DNA of 63,627 nucleotides, counting the filler, from Reclinomonas americana ATCC 50394 (lineage: Eukaryota), in assembly GCA_048213135.1 (NCBI GenBank). It is 18 parts of 18 records of this genome, joined end to end, with 100 filler letters (N's around TTAATTAATTAA, not from the genome) between each part and the next. Parts side by side here need not be neighbours in the genome. Positions count along the whole stretch, not along the records: positions 48,174 to 56,345 come from AFZH01023636.1; positions 56,446 to 59,224 come from AFZH01023638.1; positions 59,325 to 62,070 come from AFZH01023639.1; positions 62,171 to 63,627 come from AFZH01023646.1; 14 more parts are not named here. One strand, given 5' to 3'. A program made the position numbers and the translations under genes. The notes under the pieces are model-generated. The model did no database searches. It saw only the letters and a program-made list of their open reading frames with translations, and was not told the origin of the DNA. Each line of letters starts with the position of its first letter. Within the stretch, counting starts at the first letter, position 1. Below, one piece after another: positions 53,607 to 63,627 of this stretch.

Positions 53607-55474
53607 ATGGCGTGGCCTGGTGGACAAGGACAGCCTCCTGCACAGCCCGGGCAGCCTCCTGCTGTTGCGTACACTCACTGCCTGCCTCCTTACATGCTCA
53701 GTCTGCTCATTACGCTCTTGGGGGCAGTTCGCGCAAGACGCGCAGGCCTTGGTCTGTGCATGCGCTTTGCTGCGCTGCTTGTTGTCTTGCACACTCACCT
53801 CTTCCTCTTCCACTTTCTCAGGCCTACTACTATGCCATGTACGCTCCGCCACCACCAGTTGCAGCGCCACACTTTGCACAGCCTGCTCCTCATCACATGC
53901 CACACTATGGGAGTCGCGGTGGTCGTGGTGGAGGGCGAGGTCGTGGACGAGGAGGAGGAGGAGGAGAGGTGAGGCGACAGGCACCACGAATGCCACCTGC
54001 AGAGGGCGGGGACGCAGAGGAAGGCGATTTCTACTGTGATGCATGCGAGAGGGGCTTTGTGGCGGAGGAGCAGCTGACTCGGCATCGTGCGACGCACGTC
54101 AAGTGTGATGTGGCCGACTGTGCGTTTGAGGCGTCGGCGAAGGTGGTGAAGGAGCACTTTATGAAGGCGCACTTGGTGCGGAGGGGAGGCGGGCCGGCGA
54201 TTGGTGGTGGGCCTGCCACGATGGAGTCGGCCGAGGAGCTTGCCAAGTACTTGGAGGAGCGACGACGGCGCTTCCCCACTCGCGAGAATGTGGAGAAGAA
54301 GGCGGCGGAGTTGGAGGTGCAGCGGCAGCGTGGTGAGCTGGTGGAGGCGGATCGGCGGGGCGGAAGAGGCGGTCGTGGAGGCCGAGGACGGGGTGCGGTG
54401 CGTGGCAGAAGTACACGCGGCGGCTTTGGTGGTGCCTCCTCGGCGTCGGCCGCAGCTCCTGACGCGTCTGCTGTCGACACGACGACGACGACCACCACCA
54501 CCACCACCACAACTGATGGCGCTCCAGTCATTGCGTCCGAGGACGACGTGGCGGCTGTGGTGGCTGCATGTTGCGTCTGCATTCTCTGCCGTGTCTGTTG
54601 CGCTGTGCTGAGTTTGTGTTTGCGTCTGCGTTTCAGTGGCTGCCGATGTGGGAGCAGATGCAGAGCAGCTGCTGGCGACAGCACTGGCGGCCGCTCCCGC
54701 ACTGCTCAAGAGTGTTGGGGGAGACGAAGTAGAGGATGAAGAGGACGAGGAGGAGGGTGCTGCCGGGTCGCGCAAGAGAGCACACAATGGCGACGACGGC
54801 GACGAAGATGACGAAGAGGATGAAGAGGACGATGTGGATGATAGTTGCGTGTGCTTGTTGCCGCAGCCGTATACTGACGCGGAGCCTCACCTGTCTGTAC
54901 GCTGCAGATGATGCACCGCTGGAGGAGTCGACGAGAGGTCCACCAGAGGAGGCAGTGGCCATGACAGTGGACGAGGGCGCAGCTGCTGGTACGATTCGAG
55001 TGACTTGCGCGCTCGTCGTTGACTGTCACTGATTGTGCGATTCCGAGCAGGTGACGCCGAGTCGTCTGCCGCCGCTGTGGAAGCGTCGGCAGTGGCACCA
55101 CCGTCGCTCGACGAAGGGAGGAAACGCAGACCATGTCGCTACTTTGCACAGGGCCACTGCCGGGCAGGTGACAAGTGCCGCTTCGCGCACGTGCAGGGCG
55201 CCGAGCAGCCTGGACCCGTCAAGAGGCAGAAACGACAGGCCAAGACTGCAGCAGCGGCGGCAGCTGCTGCCAGTGCCGCACAGACCATCCGACGCGGACC
55301 CACCCTCCTGGAAAAGGTTTCGTTCCCGGTCCTCCCAGCCAGCTCATTCGGTGGTCTCTCACACGTGAAGCGCTGCTGCAGCTGTTGGCCCGCGAGATTC
55401 GCAACGAGCATAGCGCCTTGCTGCAATGCATAAGATACATTGTGCAACACAGCATGCTCCAGCCCTCCACGTAG
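53607..55474 (+). CDS. NUFIP1: NUFIP1/Rsa1-like snoRNP assembly factor with C2H2 and CCCH zinc fingers
   Basis: CDACERGF...HRATHVKC...H, ESAEELAKYLEERRRRFPT, CRYFAQGHCRAGDKCRFAH and PTLLEK|LLAREIRNEHSALLQCIRYIV. Confidence 0.88.
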
Positions 55475-55542
55475 AGTCAGATGCCGGCGAAGTGAAACGC
55501 GCAGTTGTCTGTCCTAGTCCCTCTTCACACTCGACATCAACA

Positions 55543-56341
55543 ATGGGCAAGCGAAAGAGTCGCAAGAAGCCTGTGGCAGTCAAGAAGATCGCCAAGATCG
55601 GCGCCATCTTCGACTGCCCCGAGTGCAACCACAACCAGTGTGTGGAGTGCAACATGTTGCGCAAGTCTCTCCTTTCTCTCTCCACATGGACGCACAGCTC
55701 ACTGCACACGCAAACGCACACACAGTGATCGCAAGTTGAACATGGCTGACATTAGCTGCCGCGTGTGCAAGGCCTACTTTTCGCACACCAAGCTGAATGG
55801 TGTGTGCATTGAGATTGACTGACACGCAAAAGAGAGACAGGAGCGCGCGCTCATTATCTTTGCAGACTTGGAGGAGCCCATTGACGTGTACTATGCATGG
55901 CGCGACAGTCTTGCGGCGGCCACCGACGGCTCAAGTGCACCCGAGGGAGTGACACTGGCTGGCGCAGGCGGGCGCGATCTGCGTGCTGGCGATGTGTCGG
56001 AGGAGGACGAGTCAGAGGAGGAGGATGCACGCGAGGATGATGGTGGGAGCGTGCATGTGTGTGTCGTGTGCGTGCAACAACTCCTCACTCTCTCTGTTGG
56101 GGTGGTGCAGGTCGTGCAGCGCATCGGCAGCCGGCGAAGGCCAACAAGTATCGCGCGAAACGGGAACAATCGGGGAGCAAGGCCTCGGCGGCTGCAGCAG
56201 CGGCCGCGGCCGCCTCATCGGGCGAGGTAATGCCGCTGTGGCTTCGAGTGTGCTATTGCGTGTTTGTTGACATGCGTGTTCGTGCAGGAGGACGAAGACG
56301 AGGAGGAGGAGGAGGATTACGAGGACGAGAGCGACGACTGA
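55543..56341 (+). CDS. ELOF1: Transcription elongation factor Elf1 with acidic tail
   Basis: MGKRKSRKK...FDCPECNH...CRVC...LEEPIDVYYAW, followed by D/E-rich exons. Confidence 0.92.
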
Positions 56342-56519
56342 AGATNNNNNNNNNNNNNNNNNNNNNNNNNNNNNNNNNNNNNNNNNNNNTTAATTAATTA
56401 ANNNNNNNNNNNNNNNNNNNNNNNNNNNNNNNNNNNNNNNNNNNNGTCTCTCTCCCTCTCTCTCTCTCTTCTTTAGCCTTCCCGACTTCCATGCCCACTG
56501 ATCTTGTTGTGTCTCGTAG

Positions 56520-62006
<5,487 letters not shown>

Positions 62007-62170
62007 GTCTGTGTGCGCACCACTGTTGCGTTGTGGCCCTTCGCTCCATCTAACTACCTTCCTGTGCGTTNNNNNNNNNNNNNNNNNNNNNNNNNNNNNN
62101 NNNNNNNNNNNNNNTTAATTAATTAANNNNNNNNNNNNNNNNNNNNNNNNNNNNNNNNNNNNNNNNNNNN

Positions 62171-62906
62171 CCGCGACGAAGACCACCTCGGGCCGCTCCC
62201 GCGCGATCCTGGCCGCCGCCCGCATGAACTGCGGATAGCCGCGATAGGGATCGAGATCGCGCGCCGCGAAGGTGACGACGGGAGCGCCGGGGCGGAGCAC
62301 GCGCCCATTGGGCAAGGTGAACATCGCCTGCGCATCCGGACGGCAGAAATGGATGTCGATGCCGTCATGGCAGACGGCAATGCGCTGCTGCAGGGCGCGG
62401 GGATATTGCCGCTGCTGCCAGCGGGTCGGCGCATAGGCGAAGTCGAGCGCTTGCAGCGTCACCAGCTGGGCGGCGTTGCGCATGCGGATGCGCCGCCGCT
62501 CGCCCTCCGGAACGGCGAAGGCCGGATCGAAGTCGAGGTCGGAACCCGTCGCGTTGTAGAAATATTCGCAATAGCCGATCAGCGGCACGCCCGGCATCGC
62601 GTCCTTGGCGAAGAGCATGCCGCCCCAGCCGACATGACCGAGGATCGCGTCCGGCCGGTCGTGCCGGTGCAATCTGCTCAACTCAACGGCAACCGCCTCA
62701 CCGGTGCGCACATGATAGTCGGTGGCCGCCAGCGTCGCATGCGCGGTCGCCGGCTCGCCGACGGAATAGGCAATCTGCCTCACTCCCGGGCGATCCGGTT
62801 CGGGCTTCTCCGTCACCAGCGTGACCTCGCCACCCTCGGCGACGAGGCGCTGGATCAGGTGAGCGAACTGACCAGATCCTGAACGATGAACGAATAGGAC
62901 GTGCAT
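62171..62906 (-). CDS. GT4-family glycosyltransferase (ExpC/WgcA-like), 3' truncated
   Basis: MHVLFVHRSGSGQF, PDAILGHVGWG, YCEYFY, PTRWQ, HDGID and RDLDPYRGYPQFMRA. Confidence 0.88.
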
Positions 62907-63475
62907 GAGGCCAGCAGGATCCCGCCATAGCGCAGCGCGTCGCCCCACCATTGCTCGAGGCGGCGCAAGGTGTCGTGGGTAGCCTGGAGATCGGCGACGA
63001 GATCGCCGTCGAGCCCCTGGCTGAATTGGCTGGTCTCGTCGAGGAGCTTCAAGCGCTCGACCAGAAGCTGGCCCTTCGGCGAGAGCGAGATGCGGGCAAG
63101 GCGGCGGTCGCGGGGCGAGGCGCCGCGCTCCAGATAGCCGCTCTCGACCAGTTGCTTGAGATTGTAGGAGGCGTTCGAGCCGACATAGTGCCCGCGATCG
63201 AGCAGGTCGCGCACCGCGATCTCGCCTGAGCCGATGGTGAACAGCACCATCACCTGCGAGGGCGAGATGTCGTCGACGCCGAGCTTGCTGAGCTCCAGCC
63301 TGAGATAGTCGAGAAAGCGCCGGCTGATCCGCTCGACCATGCGAGCGAGGTCGAGCTGCGATACCGGGGCCCGCGCCGAGCCTGATTCGGCTTCGAGACG
63401 GCGGACTCCGTCGGGGGGATCTCCATTGAAGCCATTGCCTAGGAATCGAGCGCCGTCATGGGGTTTCAGATGCAT
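62855..63475 (-). CDS. MarR-family regulator (ExpG/WggR-LdtR type)
   Basis: VERISRRFLDYLRLEL...RGHYVGSNASYNLKQLVESGY...DRR, with GGAG RBS upstream of the ATG. Confidence 0.88.
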   Translation of the reverse strand: MHLKPHDGARFLGNGFNGDPPDGVRRLEAESGSARAPVSQLDLARMVERISRRFLDYLRLELSKLGVDDISPSQVMVLFTIGSGEIAVRDLLDRGHYVGSNASYNLKQLVESGYLERGASPRDRRLARISLSPKGQLLVERLKLLDETSQFSQGLDGDLVADLQATHDTLRRLEQWWGDALRYGGILLASCTSYSFIVQDLVSSLT

Positions 63476-63627
63476 TCCCTACTCCGCCTGATCTCGAAAT
63501 GAGCAGTCAGCCCTCCGGGCCCCTTCGGCTGACGAATAGCCTATACGCAAAGCACATGCCACCCCGAACCGAAGGAGATTAAGATTTTATCGGAATCAAC
63601 ATAGTCATGAACTGTTTCAAAATTTGA

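Overview
This window is not one continuous locus. It is 18 segments joined by 17 identical 100-nt artificial linkers (44 N + TTAATTAATTAA + 44 N), and it mixes two genomes. (1) An intron-rich unicellular eukaryote occupies 1-29327 and 44803-62070. It carries a polycystin-1-like FN3-REJ-GPS membrane protein, two paralogous H-type-lectin-like proteins, a NACHT-pentapeptide STAND NTPase, CCT3, NSDHL, Asterix, a Mob1-like/PH fusion, tRNA-Arg(ACG), PSMA6, PIG-M, NUFIP1, ELF1 and a VPS13B-like gene. (2) A high-GC alphaproteobacterium (Hyphomicrobiales, Bosea-like by impression only) occupies 29428-44702 and 62171-63627. It carries peptide ABC transporters, GGT, MATE, globin, MCP, guaD, LysE, dat, maeB, LysR and an ExpG/ExpC-like pair. 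Several linkers fall inside genes, so some neighbouring segments are true scaffold neighbours. The strongest leads are: a small GIY-YIG nuclease gene bracketed by three copies of a structured REP-like palindrome, inserted antisense between permease and ggt; a large class of eukaryotic introns with a one-base-shifted donor (GTTGCGT/GTTGAGT/GTTTCGT); an LRGG|GCGAS motif upstream of the NACHT domain; and a Mob1-PH fusion. Gene models were spliced by eye and no database searches were run.
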